A DNA stretch of 63,224 nt, counting the filler, from Folioceros fuciformis (taxonomy: Eukaryota): the NCBI GenBank assembly GCA_049999805.1. It is 35 parts of 35 records of this genome, joined end to end, with 100 filler letters (N's around TTAATTAATTAA, not from the genome) between each part and the next. Parts side by side here need not be neighbours in the genome. Positions count along the whole stretch, not along the records: positions 49,952 to 51,300 come from JBNGIO010007132.1; positions 51,401 to 53,501 come from JBNGIO010007133.1; positions 53,602 to 55,147 come from JBNGIO010007134.1; positions 55,248 to 57,496 come from JBNGIO010007135.1; positions 57,597 to 59,912 come from JBNGIO010007136.1; positions 60,013 to 61,913 come from JBNGIO010007137.1; positions 62,014 to 63,224 come from JBNGIO010007138.1; 28 more parts are not named here. One strand, written 5' to 3'. Shown piece by piece: positions 49,952 through 62,184 of the stretch. Under the pieces are notes generated by a model. That model did no database searches and was not told where the DNA came from. It saw only the letters and a list, made by a program, of their open reading frames with translations. A program made the translations under genes and the position numbers. Positions within the stretch are counted from its first letter, which is position 1. Every line of letters begins with the position of its first letter.

Positions 49952-51300
49952 CATCGAGTCCGTGGAGGCGGCCTTGAACCAGAGCATCCAGGATGCGTTA
50001 GCGCTCAACGGCACCAACCCGCAGCTGTCCGGCGCGCTCTCCGTCTGCTTCGAGGTGAGTTGCGGGTGTGTCGGGGTTGTGGCTTGTGGGCGGAACCCGG
50101 GTCTGACGGGTGTTGGGTTTGGCTTTTGCTCTTGCTCTTGCTTTTGCTTACTCCCTGCCTGGTGGTGGCTGCAGACGCTGGAGACGGCGCTGGAGCAGCT
50201 GCAGAAGTCCGTGGTGCAGCTTTCGTCGCTAAGCCTGACCAATGTGGAGGATCAGCTGGACGACGTGCACACCTGGCTGGACGCGTCGGCTACCTTCCAT
50301 GACACCTGCTTGGAGGAGATCATTGCGGCGGTGAATCCGGGCTACTTCGGCAACACCACGGACATCACCAACCCGCCCACGGACCCCGTGAGTCAGAATG
50401 GGGAGAACCTGAAGCAACTCTACTCCATCCTCGTCCACCTGGCGAGTTACATCACCGACTACGCCTCCAGCCTGCCCTCCCTGCCAGTTCAGCTGCCGTC
50501 GCTGCACCTTCGGAGGCTACTGTCTGCGGACGAGGAGAGCAGTGTTAGCAGGAGCCAGGGGGCATGGTACGATTTCCAGGACGAGACATCCGGGGACACC
50601 AGCTGGGTTTCCAGGCACGGGATTGCCAGGCGTTTGCTGCAGGTCGCCACCAAGGCCCCCGACGCGGTTGTGGCTTCCGATGGGTCGGGGAAGTACGCGT
50701 CCATCCAGGATGCCGTGGACGCTGCGCCTGATAACAGTAAGACTCTGTGGGTGATCTACATCAAGGCCGGCACCTACACGGGGCAGGTAGTGCTGGGCAA
50801 GTCCAAGAAGAACATCGGCTTCAGGGGTGACGGTATCGACAAGACCGTCCTCACTGCCAAGGAGAGTGTGGAGGGCACTGGCACTACCACATTCAAGTCT
50901 GCCACCCTGGGTGAGTTGTGCTTGATGTGACTGAGTCAGGTTGCGTGGATGCGCCCCACCTGGTTCTCGCCTCTTCTCACACATCCTCTCGCCTGTGTTG
51001 CAGCCGTCAATGGTGATGGATTCGTGGGTACCGCCTTCACTGTCAGGAACACGGCCGGAGCTGCCAACCACCAGGCTGTGGCCCTCCGGGTCTCTGCTGA
51101 CCTTAGTGCCTTCTACCAGATCAAGGCCTCAGGCTTCCAAGACACTTTCTACTGCCACAGCTTTCGTCAGTTCTACAGCAACTGCATTATAGAGGGCACT
51201 GTGGATTTCATGTTCGGGAATGCGGCTGCCATTATTCAGTCCTCCACCCTCCTGGCGGGGGTCGGACTGCTTGGGCAGCAAAACACCTTCACTGCGCAGG
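49952..51300 (+). CDS. Pectin methylesterase with PMEI pro-domain, truncated at both ends; exons <49952-50054, 50175-50910, 51004->51300
   Basis: PMEI motif DVHTWLDASATFHDTC; two RRLL processing motifs; VVASDGSGKYASIQDAV, IYIKAGTY, TTFKSAT, QAVALRV, GFQDTFY, EGTVDFMFGNA. Confidence 0.95.
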
Positions 51301-53964
51301 NNNNNNNNNNNNNNNNNNNNNNNNNNNNNNNNNNNNNNNNNNNNTTAATTAATTAANNNNNNNNNNNNNNNNNNNNNNNNNNNNNNNNNNNNNNNNNNNN
51401 TCGCTGAGCTGTGTATTGATGGAGCTTGCTTGTCTCCTATCATCGACTCATAGCCTGGCCTGCTTTCCACATGCCGGGAGAGGCTTCACTTGCCGTGGTT
51501 GAACAGTGACAGCGTCTGACACCCGCCGCGCCTTGCTTCGTGCGGCACATCGTGGAGCCAGGATGGCTGTGGGGCCGAGCCGCCGAGAGGAACGGGGCAC
51601 CGGCCATCCACATTGCACAGAGCGTTACGGGCAAAGAGAAATCAGAGATGGATCGGATAGTGTTTTTCTGGACAATGTTACGATGTTTTCGGAGGTTTTT
51701 TTTTTTTATGGAGGAGCACACTGTTTGCCGCTGCCGCTGCGGATGGGGTAGACTGCTGCTTTGTCGCTTGCATCTGCCGGGTCCGGCACAAGGGATTTGT
51801 CCGCTGTCAGGGAGATTAGCTGGCTGCCTGCCTGCCTAACAGTCTGCTCATCACGTCCCGTGACGTCTCTCCCGGTTGCTGTGTCTGTGCGCTTGTTGTT
51901 CTTGTATCGGGTGACTGGGAACTGGAGTTTGAACGGCAGGCGTTAATGAGGCAGGCCAGTTCAGCACCGGTGCCGAGCATCTTCCGGGGCTTGTCCTTTG
52001 CGAAGGAGTTGTTGCAGGATTTGAGGCTTCGCTGCACTCGTATTATTTACAGTTTGTGAGACTGCGGCAGGGGCAGCGACATGCCGTGTCTGCACTTGGT
52101 CTCCAACTGCTTTGGAGCATGTGTCCCAAATGTTTCCTCCTTCCATGGGATTTCATTCTGTATGTACAGCAGTCGGACTGGACAAAGCTCCTTCCTTCCT
52201 AAACTCCTAACATGACGTGTTTTGTTGTTGTTGTGTGATATCCAGGTTTAATATATTTTTATATCTATATATACATGTTCATACATGTATGGCCCTCTCA
52301 GGAGGTGAATACGTCCACCTGTAGACAGAACTTGTTGGTGAAAAGCTAGCACAGACAAACTCCCCAGGTTTATGTGCTTCGGGTTTGTTTTTGTCGTCGC
52401 CGGTGATGGCCTCGGGTGCAATTGAGCGGAAGCAACAATTGACGGAGGCACATGCTGTCGTTCAAAGCATGGCCCTTGAACACAATGGCAGAATCTGATT
52501 CGGAGACATTTGAAGCGGGCACATTGGCCAGTCCCTGAATGCAACGTTTCTAGCTTGCCAATGACGAAAGCTGGTCCATGTAGATACATTTGTGGCGGCC
52601 ACATACTTCCAGAAACTGAAGATTCTTGGTCACGGTGACATGTGCAATAGATTATGCCAACATCCTCTGATGACAGTCATGCCAAAAAGTTAGAACCCGA
52701 CGGGCAGTACTGTAGCAAAATCTCCAGCATAGTGCCCCTGTCCAGGGACACTCGCTTGCATGACTGATTCCCTCAGCATCTTGATCCAGATACAACCAAA
52801 TTACAGAACTCTATTTTGTAAATTGTTGGAGCTCTTGCCTACACCAGATACCCTGTTGTGATGACCTTACAGACAAGCCGAGCTACAGTGAAGTCTGTTG
52901 CACACCATTTACCCCCTTACAAGGAGCTTGTTATGTGCATCGGAACTCGACGATCTGCAGGACTGAACCGTCTCTGGGTTTGAACTCTACAGCAAACTTG
53001 TTCAGTATGCGTGTCCAACGCATTGATGACGGCCGTGCGAGCTCCGAGGAGTGAGATACAGTATGTATGTATGTGACGGGGAGCTGTCTGACAGACCAGG
53101 TAATGTTAGAAAGATTCTGGGAATAGCCAGTGCGGAAAGGAAAGCAGAATTTGTAGTCAACAGGGGTATCACCGTCTGCAGCAAAAGGATCCATTTCCTG
53201 CCGACATATCTGCCTATGTATCTACACATGTATGTGCTACAAACGCTGGGGCTTCGAGCTCCCAGAAGGGCGTCTCCTCTTGGCCGCGCTGCCTGTCCTG
53301 CAAAGGCATATAACTTTCAACACACGACTAGAAAATGGAAGAAGCAAGCTGGGTTTTCTACCCAGCTTTCACAGTTTTGGGAACCGCGGAAATATCTGAC
53401 ACCAAATGCAAAATCTGAGAATAGAAAATGCGAACGAGCTCGGCCTGGCCACCGAGGCAGTGGGCTCGTTCCGCGTGCTGCTTGCCTTTAAGACCCTGGG
53501 CNNNNNNNNNNNNNNNNNNNNNNNNNNNNNNNNNNNNNNNNNNNNTTAATTAATTAANNNNNNNNNNNNNNNNNNNNNNNNNNNNNNNNNNNNNNNNNNN
53601 NCCCAACCCCCCCCATGGCCCGTGAGCTCTTACCCTCCTCCGACTCTCCTCTGCTTTTTCCGGTAAAACGCGCGGTTGGCAGGTGTTATGAGGGATTGAG
53701 ACGCTCCCTGTTCAGCGTGTGACTTGGTTTTACTCAACCGGAACTCCTCTCGTGATCGGAAATGGACTCGCCGCCTCATGTCATGTGTTACGCATTAACC
53801 CACTCCACACTGCACACTGCACACAGCACACTGCACACTGCACACGCACACCAGGAGAGCGGATAAGAATGAGAGGGCAGGAAAGAGCAGACTTGGAACC
53901 AGAGACTGAACTGAGGGGCAAATCTCAAAGTAATCAGCTAGTTTTTGTGGTCTGCGCTACGGTC

Positions 53965-54053
53965 CTGGTGCAGGTGCAGGTGCAGGTGCGGGTCCAGGTC
54001 CAGGTCCAGGTCCAGGTCCAGCTGCAGCTGCAGCTGCTGCTGCTGCTGCTGCT
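53965..54053. repeat. Compound microsatellite (GGTGCA)n(GGTCCA)n(GCTGCA)n(GCT)n
   Basis: Visible directly. Further (GCAAAA)n at about 54386 and (GACG)n at about 54657. Confidence 0.85.
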
Positions 54054-56144
54054 GAGTGGCTGCAAAAGCTGGGTTTCCTCACACATGGATGGGGATGTGC
54101 TGCTCTGCCAAGTCTCACCAACCCCAGCCTTACTCCCCACACACTGCGCCACAGCCTTCCCTTCCGTTCCCTCCCCTCCCCTCCCCCCCATCCCTTTTCG
54201 TGCACAACAAGGCAGGTTTGATGCAGGCCAGGAACATAACACGGATACGTATGTACTTCTTGCCCAGCCCCTCCGACCTCGTAAGTCATGCATTGGCCTT
54301 AGGCTACTGGTGGCTTGGTGTCTGTGTGTGTGACCTGGTGGGCTGGGGGAAGGAGGATACGATGCTTTGCCAAAAGCTTGCAACAGCAAAAGCAAAAGCA
54401 AAAGCAACAGCACGAAAAAAAAGGGGAAAAAAAAAAAAAGAGACAGGGATGTCAACGCAGTAGCAGCGCTAGCTAGCCTAGCAAGTGGTTTGCGCCATGA
54501 ACCAGACAAATGCCCAAAAGCCAGCCATCCCATACGTCTCCTGACGCTGGCACATGGACATGACAAATACTTCCCGCATACGCGGCGACAAGGCATGAGA
54601 CGAGAACGGGCCCGTCGTGACGTGACCGCTTCACGAATCACGGCCACATACGGAGGGACGGACGGACGGACGGACGGACGGCAACAGTTGCGTATGCGAC
54701 AGGCGTGGTCCATTTCTCAGTGAGAGCCTGGGCCCCCACCGGACGGTCCCCCCAGGAGCCTGGACGTCGGGGTACACTCCCGCGTTATTAGTGCCGCTAA
54801 TGAGCCTGTCAGCCTGACGGTCCCTGACGGCCTGGGGTCGTCATCACCCGCTGCCCGGCCGCGCATTCACGCTTCATACGGTCGGATAGATTCGCCGGTT
54901 TACCTACGGGTGAAACCGGAGCCCGTATCTTCAGGTTATGTACACCTGGTTTTCTCAGCTTTGTGCCACACGGCGGAACCCGGCATACGGGTATTTTTGA
55001 GTTATGTTGGCCGGGCCTATGTCGTGAGCCCATAACGTACTCTCGGACTCCTCGATGGTGTATAAATCCCGCTCGGACTCAACTCGACTCATACCTCTTC
55101 TAAAGCCAAGCAAACTGCAGGCCCAGTTCGGGCGGGCTGGCCGTCTCNNNNNNNNNNNNNNNNNNNNNNNNNNNNNNNNNNNNNNNNNNNNTTAATTAAT
55201 TAANNNNNNNNNNNNNNNNNNNNNNNNNNNNNNNNNNNNNNNNNNNNACAAGCGTCTGCAAAAGCAACCCCCGGCATGAATACCAAAGTCTGCATACGCA
55301 ACCTCCGCGGCGTGGGTGCGAGCGTCTGCATAAGCAACCTCCCAGCATTGCCTGTGTCACACATGCAACGGAAGTTCAATTTGAATCAAACCATCAAAGA
55401 GCTTATACTATGATAATGCAAACAGATCACTAACACGGCTTCGTTCTCCAAGACTTTGGGTTGTCAGCCTTCCGCGCAGTCCAGGGCAAAATGTCCTGGC
55501 AGGGATGAGATTGGCTTGTGGCACCTCAAGTCCTGTCCTGCTAAGGAAACCGTTCCTCCGGCCAAGAAATTGCAAACGTTGTCAAACCAGGGGATGACGA
55601 ATGACGAGCCAGCCTGTACTCCTGACAGATCTGGTGCCGGCGGATTATTTAAGACGAGAAACATGGTTACCGACCGCAAGGATGACCAAAGTAAGTCCAG
55701 CTCTCGTCAGCGCGTGCACGTACTGGGTGGTAAACTGTGCGTGACTCTCTGCAAACAGCTTAAAACACATTGCTCCCGTAGCACCATGTGATTCTTTAGC
55801 TCAAGCCCCTTCAACCAGCTCTGTGCGGGCACATCAAACGCATCTCACGTACTTGGGGAGGTTTGATACCTGAGAAGGGAATTGCCAGTCACAGAACAAC
55901 ACGTTACACATTAGTACGAGGGAAGTTTAGCGTGCTGTTTGCACTAACTTGCATCGAAGTTGCATAATAGGAAGTTAAACCATCAGCCTGCAATAACCTG
56001 CTGGTGACATACCTTAAAATTGCAAGGTCGAATAAACCCCATTCAACATGGTTCAGAGACTTTGGGATCTTGTCTGGACGTGGTCATACTACTGGTACGA
56101 ATACGGGCACGAGGCAGCTGGGCGCCAGTCATGTTTCAACCACG

Positions 56145-57496
56145 CTATAAGCTCCAGGTGGATCTTACCATAAAAGCCGGTGTTCGAGACTGGCTGTCTG
56201 CGATATACAAGATTCCAGGTTGCACGACAAACCCTGGCGCACAACTCCACCTTAAAAAGGCCTCCATCTGGACCTGAGATTGCCCAGGATCACTGCCCTC
56301 ATCACATTTCAAGGAGGTCCAGAAGTCAGGCTTGGACAAGCCCACAGATAAACCTCCCCCAATTTTGGATCCCGGAGGACTTGCAACACTCAGCAGCCAT
56401 TGTAATTGCTTCTTCTCCTGAAGCCAGTCGCTGCAATCCACCTGAGCCCATCCACCAACATTAACTGGCCCAACATCTGCTTCAGCGGCAAGTGCAAATG
56501 ACCGCATTGAAGACCCTTGATTGTCAACTAGCCCAGTATCTAACGAAGAAGTGCTCCAGTTCACAACCTGGCTCTGGCCAGCAGATCCATTTGACGTAGG
56601 TAGGGACATCGTTGCGACTGGGGACTTTATTCTACTCAAAACCAATGGCCCCATCTCACTCCAGTGCAAACCGTGGGTCGAGGGAAAGGGCGGGCTGGGC
56701 CAGAGCCGATGAAGTGCAGATACTGAAAATGCCATGAAGTCACAGGGCACCACAGTGACCTGAGCAAGACTGCTCAAGCACAGTGGAGTTCCTGAGTCCG
56801 AGGACTCCAGACTGGAAAACATATTTTCCCATCCTCCGAGATACTGTGACACCGACCAAACAGATCTGATGGCCTTGTAAATGGCTCCAATCCCTGACCC
56901 CTTGCAGTGACCATGAAGTGCAGGCCTGTGGCTGAAAGAGGTGAGTCCAACGTCCTGAAGAGCACACAACCCACCACGATCAAACCATGAAAGGGCAGGA
57001 GAAATTCACACACCCAACAACCCAATACCAACAAACCCACCTCCACAGGCTCCGCTGACTGCATCAGATCACGACTGTCTCCTCCAAGAGGAGCAACAGA
57101 CAAAACAACTCGGTCACTCAGTTCAGCAGTGTACGCCACTTTCCGCAACGACACAGGGCCACCCAGCGTAGCACCAGCACCGCCTGCTACCTGCCCAGCC
57201 CCGCATTCCGTGATCAGCCTATCCTTCTCCCTCACAGGAGTCTCCAATCTCAACTTCACCTCCAACCCAGTCAACATCCCTGCCTGTTCCAGCGCACATC
57301 GAGCACGCCGGCTGTAACTATCCCGCACAACCACCACAGCGGCTCCAGCATTCACCTCCCCCGTCACCTTCGTCTTCCCCAGCCCAGTCGAGCTACCAGA
57401 GCTCTTGCCTCCCCGCCGGAAACCCGTGTGCAGCTCCAGCTTGTCCACCCGCTCCCGGATCCGCAGGGAATCGGAGAAGAGCTCCCGCTGAAGCCT
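56145..57496 (-). CDS. At3g52610-like uncharacterised plant protein, predicted beta-barrel resembling cyanobacterial OprB/SomA-type porins; 5'-truncated; exons >57496-57041 and 56954-56145
   Basis: RLQRELFSDSLRIRERVDKLE, KTKVTGEVN, LETPVREKDRLITE, SLRKVAYTAELSD, GGWAQV, QMEAFLRW...VQPGILY...FMVRSTWSL*. An 86-nt GT-AG intron keeps the frame. Confidence 0.8.
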
Positions 57497-58179
57497 NNNN
57501 NNNNNNNNNNNNNNNNNNNNNNNNNNNNNNNNNNNNNNNNTTAATTAATTAANNNNNNNNNNNNNNNNNNNNNNNNNNNNNNNNNNNNNNNNNNNNATGT
57601 TGCGCCTTTACTGTACATGCAGGCGCGGACTCCGACCGTTTTCGCATGAACCTTTCACGAAAAATTTCGTTTATTGAAGTCATGGCCTTGCAATTGCCGT
57701 CCAGTTGAGCAGGAGGGTAGAGCATTCAACTTCCAGAGCGGCGTTTTTTGCGCTCCAGGCTCATGGCAAACGGCTCAGCTGTCGCTGCGATGCTTGCGCT
57801 GCCTGACGAAGACGCTTCCGCGCTACCCTGCTGCTGTAGCTCAGAAGCGAGCTCCAAAGTTGTCATTGCCCTGATTTAGATGTAACTTCTCAGGTGATCG
57901 CAATAGAAGAACTGTGGTAGAATGCTAACTATTCCGACAGATGCCTTGTCAGATGCAGGCGTTTCATCAGCAAACGCACGTATGTACCACCAAGAGGAGA
58001 GGAGCTTCGGCGCGAGGATGTAGAACAGCCAGGACGTGATAAAGCCGTTGTTAGGCCCGTCCCTTCTTTGTTTCTATTGCATTGTTTGATCGTAAAGTAG
58101 AGTGAAGTATTCTGTGTTCCTAAGAACGACACAGGGTAGATTTCCTGTAACTTACCACAGTGGTGCACGGTGTTGGCAG

Positions 58180-59050
58180 CGGTGGAACTCGTCAAGAAGA
58201 AGTCTTTCCTAGACACTGTATCTGTTCATCTGGATACTGGTAGACATGGCATTGACACTTCTCATGGGGCACTCGTGAAACGAAACTCTTTGCAAGATGG
58301 TGAAAGCTGGGGGCCTAGGTCGAAACCTGGTCTTGAGCTTCGTTCTGAATTGGCTTGTAGGCCCCGCAATATGACATGTCTTGTCTGGGCCACGCTCTTG
58401 GATCTTGAGCACTACAGGTCAGGAGCCATTCTAGTTGGCATTGCCAGATGCATTGCCATGGGTCTCATGTGGATAGACCTGGCCAAAGGGAATGGGCAGC
58501 TGCGCGAAACTATCACTTCTGTAATTGCAGATGGTACTGTACACTCGACTGTCGCTTTTCTACCTAAACGTTGTTTCCTAGGCAATGGTGTTGATGTCAG
58601 TACCTGCGAAATTGCACGAAGCGTGCTGCTTCTCCTGGGCACACCATTCTTTGCTGGCATCGTCACAAGGTACTCCTTTCGTTGCAGCATTGGGCGGAAG
58701 TGGTATCACACGAAGTTCATTCCCTTCATCGCTCCCTGGGCTCTCGTTGGTTTGCTCGTTACAGTTTTTGTGATTTTCTCTATTCAAGCGAATCAGATCA
58801 TCAACACCATCGACAATGTGGCAAGAGTAACTGTCCCAAAGCTACGCTACTTAACAGTTGTTTGGTTCTCAGTATGCTGGTATCTGAGCATCCCCATCCG
58901 CCTAGTCAATTACTGCATCCAGCAACAGTTTTGAGTTGGCCATAGCCGTAGCTGTGGGGAGTTTTGGTGTAGACTCACAATAATCATAAACTGCGACAAT
59001 CGACCCTTTAATTGAAGTGCCTGTCTTGTTGATTTTAGTGTCTGGGACAT
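58180..59050 (+). pseudogene. ACR3: ACR3 arsenite efflux transporter pseudogene
   Basis: Collinear motifs in shifting frames: SFLD/YLFIWIL, SFVLNWLVGPA, WATLLDLEHYRSGAILVGIARCIAM, LQMVLYTRLSLFYLNVVS, SVLLLLGTPFFAGIVTR, PWALVGLL, TASSNSFELAIAVAVGSFG, PLIEVPVLL. At least four frameshifts, in-frame stops and an internal deletion. Confidence 0.88.
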
Positions 59051-60025
59051 TGAAGCTGCGTAAGACTTCTTTCGTAGAGTAGGCTTTGACACTCTGCATT
59101 GGAGTACACAGAGAGATGCGTTGAGTCTGATAGGAGTCTGGAATTTCACAGCTGCTTTCGCACAAATGCTCCTCAGAGATGGAGATGAAGCTACACCGTT
59201 GCAACCAACGGGTGCACGCTTCTTGATGGATTCCAAGTACATACTGTGTATAATTCAGAAACAAATTTTGAACTTTGGAAGCTTTAAACCAGAAAGGAAG
59301 GTCTGGAACTACAACTACAGGTAATTCTTGAGTCAGATCCTTTATTAAGACAGTGCACTTGGCTCTCTCTGTACTCTGACCCATCTCCTAAGCCCCCCGA
59401 ACTCCGCGTAGCAAAATTGTGTAGACCTGTGGGCACCACAAGTGCACGTCCAGATCTAAACCAGCTTCGCCTAACTACGCCAAAACGTTAATGATGTGAT
59501 CCAGCGGCGAAAGAGCATCCAGACAATTGAGGTGCACCACTTCAAGATGCAACACAAGGAGACCGATGATGCCCTTCGGCCCCGCAGTTACAGACGGTTC
59601 TGCACTGAGGACCAGCCCAGGTTTACTGTCTCCAGTTTCCACCGAAGCTTCCCTGTTGATCAGAAGAGCTATTATCTGCGTCTTGGCCGGGAGACGAAGC
59701 ATCGCCACCACCGTAAGCAGGACCATCAGCAGCACCGAAAGGATGGGGAGAACCATCTGAACCACCCAAAGAAGGAGAAGCATCTGAGCCACTCAAAGGA
59801 GAAGGAGCGTCTGGGCCAACACCAGGCTCTTGACCTCTGAAAGAATCGAAAGAGCCAGGACCACCGAAACCGCCGGAGTCAGAGTTATTGAAGCCCCCAC
59901 CACCGCCGCCCANNNNNNNNNNNNNNNNNNNNNNNNNNNNNNNNNNNNNNNNNNNNTTAATTAATTAANNNNNNNNNNNNNNNNNNNNNNNNNNNNNNNN
60001 NNNNNNNNNNNNGGAGGAGGCAGCA

Positions 60026-61859
60026 ATGCTGACTGGTTTCTCGGCGTTGTTGTCGCTGGCTGTGTTCTCGGCGCTGGTGAGCGATGCGGCCGAGTGTGGC
60101 AGGGGTTTTGGAGCTGGAATGCATAGGCTGGTCAGCTGGCTAGGTTTTTTGCGCCTGCTCGTTTTGGTTTGGAAAGTTTGGTGCGTGGGGTCAAGGTCAT
60201 GAAACGTTGTTTCCTAGCGTGGCCTTCTCCTGCAAGCCTGTTAGTTCCGTTGCACAGAGTCCAGTTAGTTAGTATCTGGTATATTATGGTTTGTGAGTCC
60301 TGGAGTGTAGTGATTGTCACGTTTCTTAGGGTGCATTAGATGTTGCGTGTTGTGACCACAGGGAAATGATTTTCGGCTGATTGCCTTCCGAGGAATTTTG
60401 ATCATACTGTGCACTTGCTGCAATGTCGCTCGCAGACCTGTGTTGGTAGCTCGTACATTGAGCTTCCGAGCTGGAGATGGCGCGGATTTCGTGAAAGCGT
60501 GGTCACGTCTCAGGACAAAATTGATGCCGAATCCATTATTAAAGCTGCATTTTCTACCAGGTAATGCCTTCAACGCAGCACTCTTTGATGTCGGTGCCTG
60601 TTTTTGCCGTGTGCATTACCTCGTGAAGTGAGATTTATCATCCTTCTTGTGCCCATGCAACATGGCGAAAGATCCCACATGCATGCCTCAAGTCGCGGTT
60701 TACGTCAAAGTGCAGCAACGGAGTATTACAATAGCTTTTCTGGTTTTTGCCTGCTACTTGCACGTGCCGTGTGTCATGTATCTTAAGTCATAATATCAGA
60801 AGCCAGAAGTCTTGAATGCTGATTGTTTGTTGTGGCTGGTGGGAGAAAGAGCAGCTTGGTGTACGATAGGCTGGCTTACATGACAGACACCTTCGGACCA
60901 CGGCTCAGTGGTTCAAGTGCACTTGAAAAAGCACTGGATTGGGTGAAGGTGGTGCTCTTTGCCTCACGAGCTTCTGGTGTAGATAAGGCAGTCCTGCTCA
61001 ATTGAGTCCGTTGGACGTCCCAGCTCAGACTTTTGACAGGAGGTGAAATGGGAATCACAGGGAGAAATGGAGAAGGATGGGCTAAAAGTCCAAGAAGAAT
61101 CTGTCAAGGTACCCTGCTGGGTGCGGGGCGAAGAGTATGCTACGCTGCTTTCACCGAGACAGAAGAAGTTGAATATTGTGGGTCTTGGTAGGAGTGTGGG
61201 CACTCCCCATGGCAAGTCACTGATTGCCAAAGTCCTTGTGGTATCATCTTTTGAGGAGCTGGAGGAACGGAATTCAGAAGTGAAGGGTGAGTGGGGTTTC
61301 ACGCTGCCTGTATTTGAAGTGTGCCTGGATACGGACTCTCATTGTGAATGCCGATGACCGTTTTCTACTGTAGGTCGAATTGTGCTGTTTGATGTGGAGT
61401 TCAAAGGGTATGGGGAGACAGTTGTGTATCGGACGACGGGTGCTCAGAGGGCTCAGAAGTATGGTGCAGTTGCTGTACTCGTTCGTTCAATTGCACCTTT
61501 CGGGCTGCAGGTGGTCATGAAGTTGTAGCAAATTGGTTTTATGTTGTGCTGCGAAGGGGAGTATCCATCTGTTCGTATGTGATGGATTGATGATGTCATT
61601 TCCAGACGCCTCACACAGGAGCGATGTCTGAGGCCGAGATACCGGCTGCAGCTATAACTCTGGAAGACTCGAAGATGTTTGCGAGGATGCAAGCACGAGG
61701 CCAGGAAGTGATTGTCGAACTGTATATGGAGGTGTGTTGCCACACTTGGATGCATGAATGTTTCATGGTCTCAAATCCTACACTGCTCTGCTCTAGTGGA
61801 GACTAAGCCAGTCTTCTTGCACTGATGCAGGCTCACACCCTTCCTGATCAGCTGTCCAG
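60026..61859 (+). CDS. CPQ: Carboxypeptidase Q-like (peptidase M28, PA domain) secreted protein, 3'-truncated; exons 60026-60076, 60436-60560, 60855-60948, 61061-61286, 61374-61510, 61606-61731, 61831-61859
   Basis: Signal peptide MLTGFSALLSLAVFSAL; YDRLAYMTDTFGPRLSGSSALEKA; VKVPCWVRGEE; GLGRSVGTP; VVSSFEEL; KGRIVLF; YGETVVYR; GAVAVLVRSIAPF; TPHTG; IPAAAITLED. All splice phases are consistent. Confidence 0.88.
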
Positions 61860-62090
61860 GTAGGGGCATGGTTGATTGTTGAATGAGGCCACCATCCGGA
61901 GTGTCATGTCATCNNNNNNNNNNNNNNNNNNNNNNNNNNNNNNNNNNNNNNNNNNNNTTAATTAATTAANNNNNNNNNNNNNNNNNNNNNNNNNNNNNNN
62001 NNNNNNNNNNNNNCCCCTCCTGCCCGTTTTCTCCAATCCCGCTGCCATCTCCTCTCGCCACGAGCCGATCCAGGCCCCCCCCCCTTGAAG

Positions 62091-62180
62091 GGGGGTTTAG
62101 GGTTTAGGGGTTTAAACCCTAAACCCTAAAACCCAACTTTGGCAAAAACCCTAAACTTGGCAAAAACCCTAAACTTGGCA
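62091..62180. repeat. Interstitial inverted telomere-like repeats (TTTAGGG then CCCTAAA) plus an 18-bp CTTGGCAAAAACCCTAAA duplication
   Basis: GGGTTTAGGGTTTAGGGGTTT|AAACCCTAAACCCTAAAACCC centred at 62113/62114. Confidence 0.8.
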
Positions 62181-62184
62181 ACTT

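Noticed and set aside
51401-55147. Many ORFs including 53719-54333 and 53934-54713
   Set aside because: Driven by microsatellites or unassignable. I could not build a consistent exon chain.
59496-59840. His-rich ORF next to ACR3 as a metal-binding partner
   Set aside because: It more resembles a decayed retrotransposon gag segment (FKMQHKET...), and the neighbouring ACR3 is a pseudogene.
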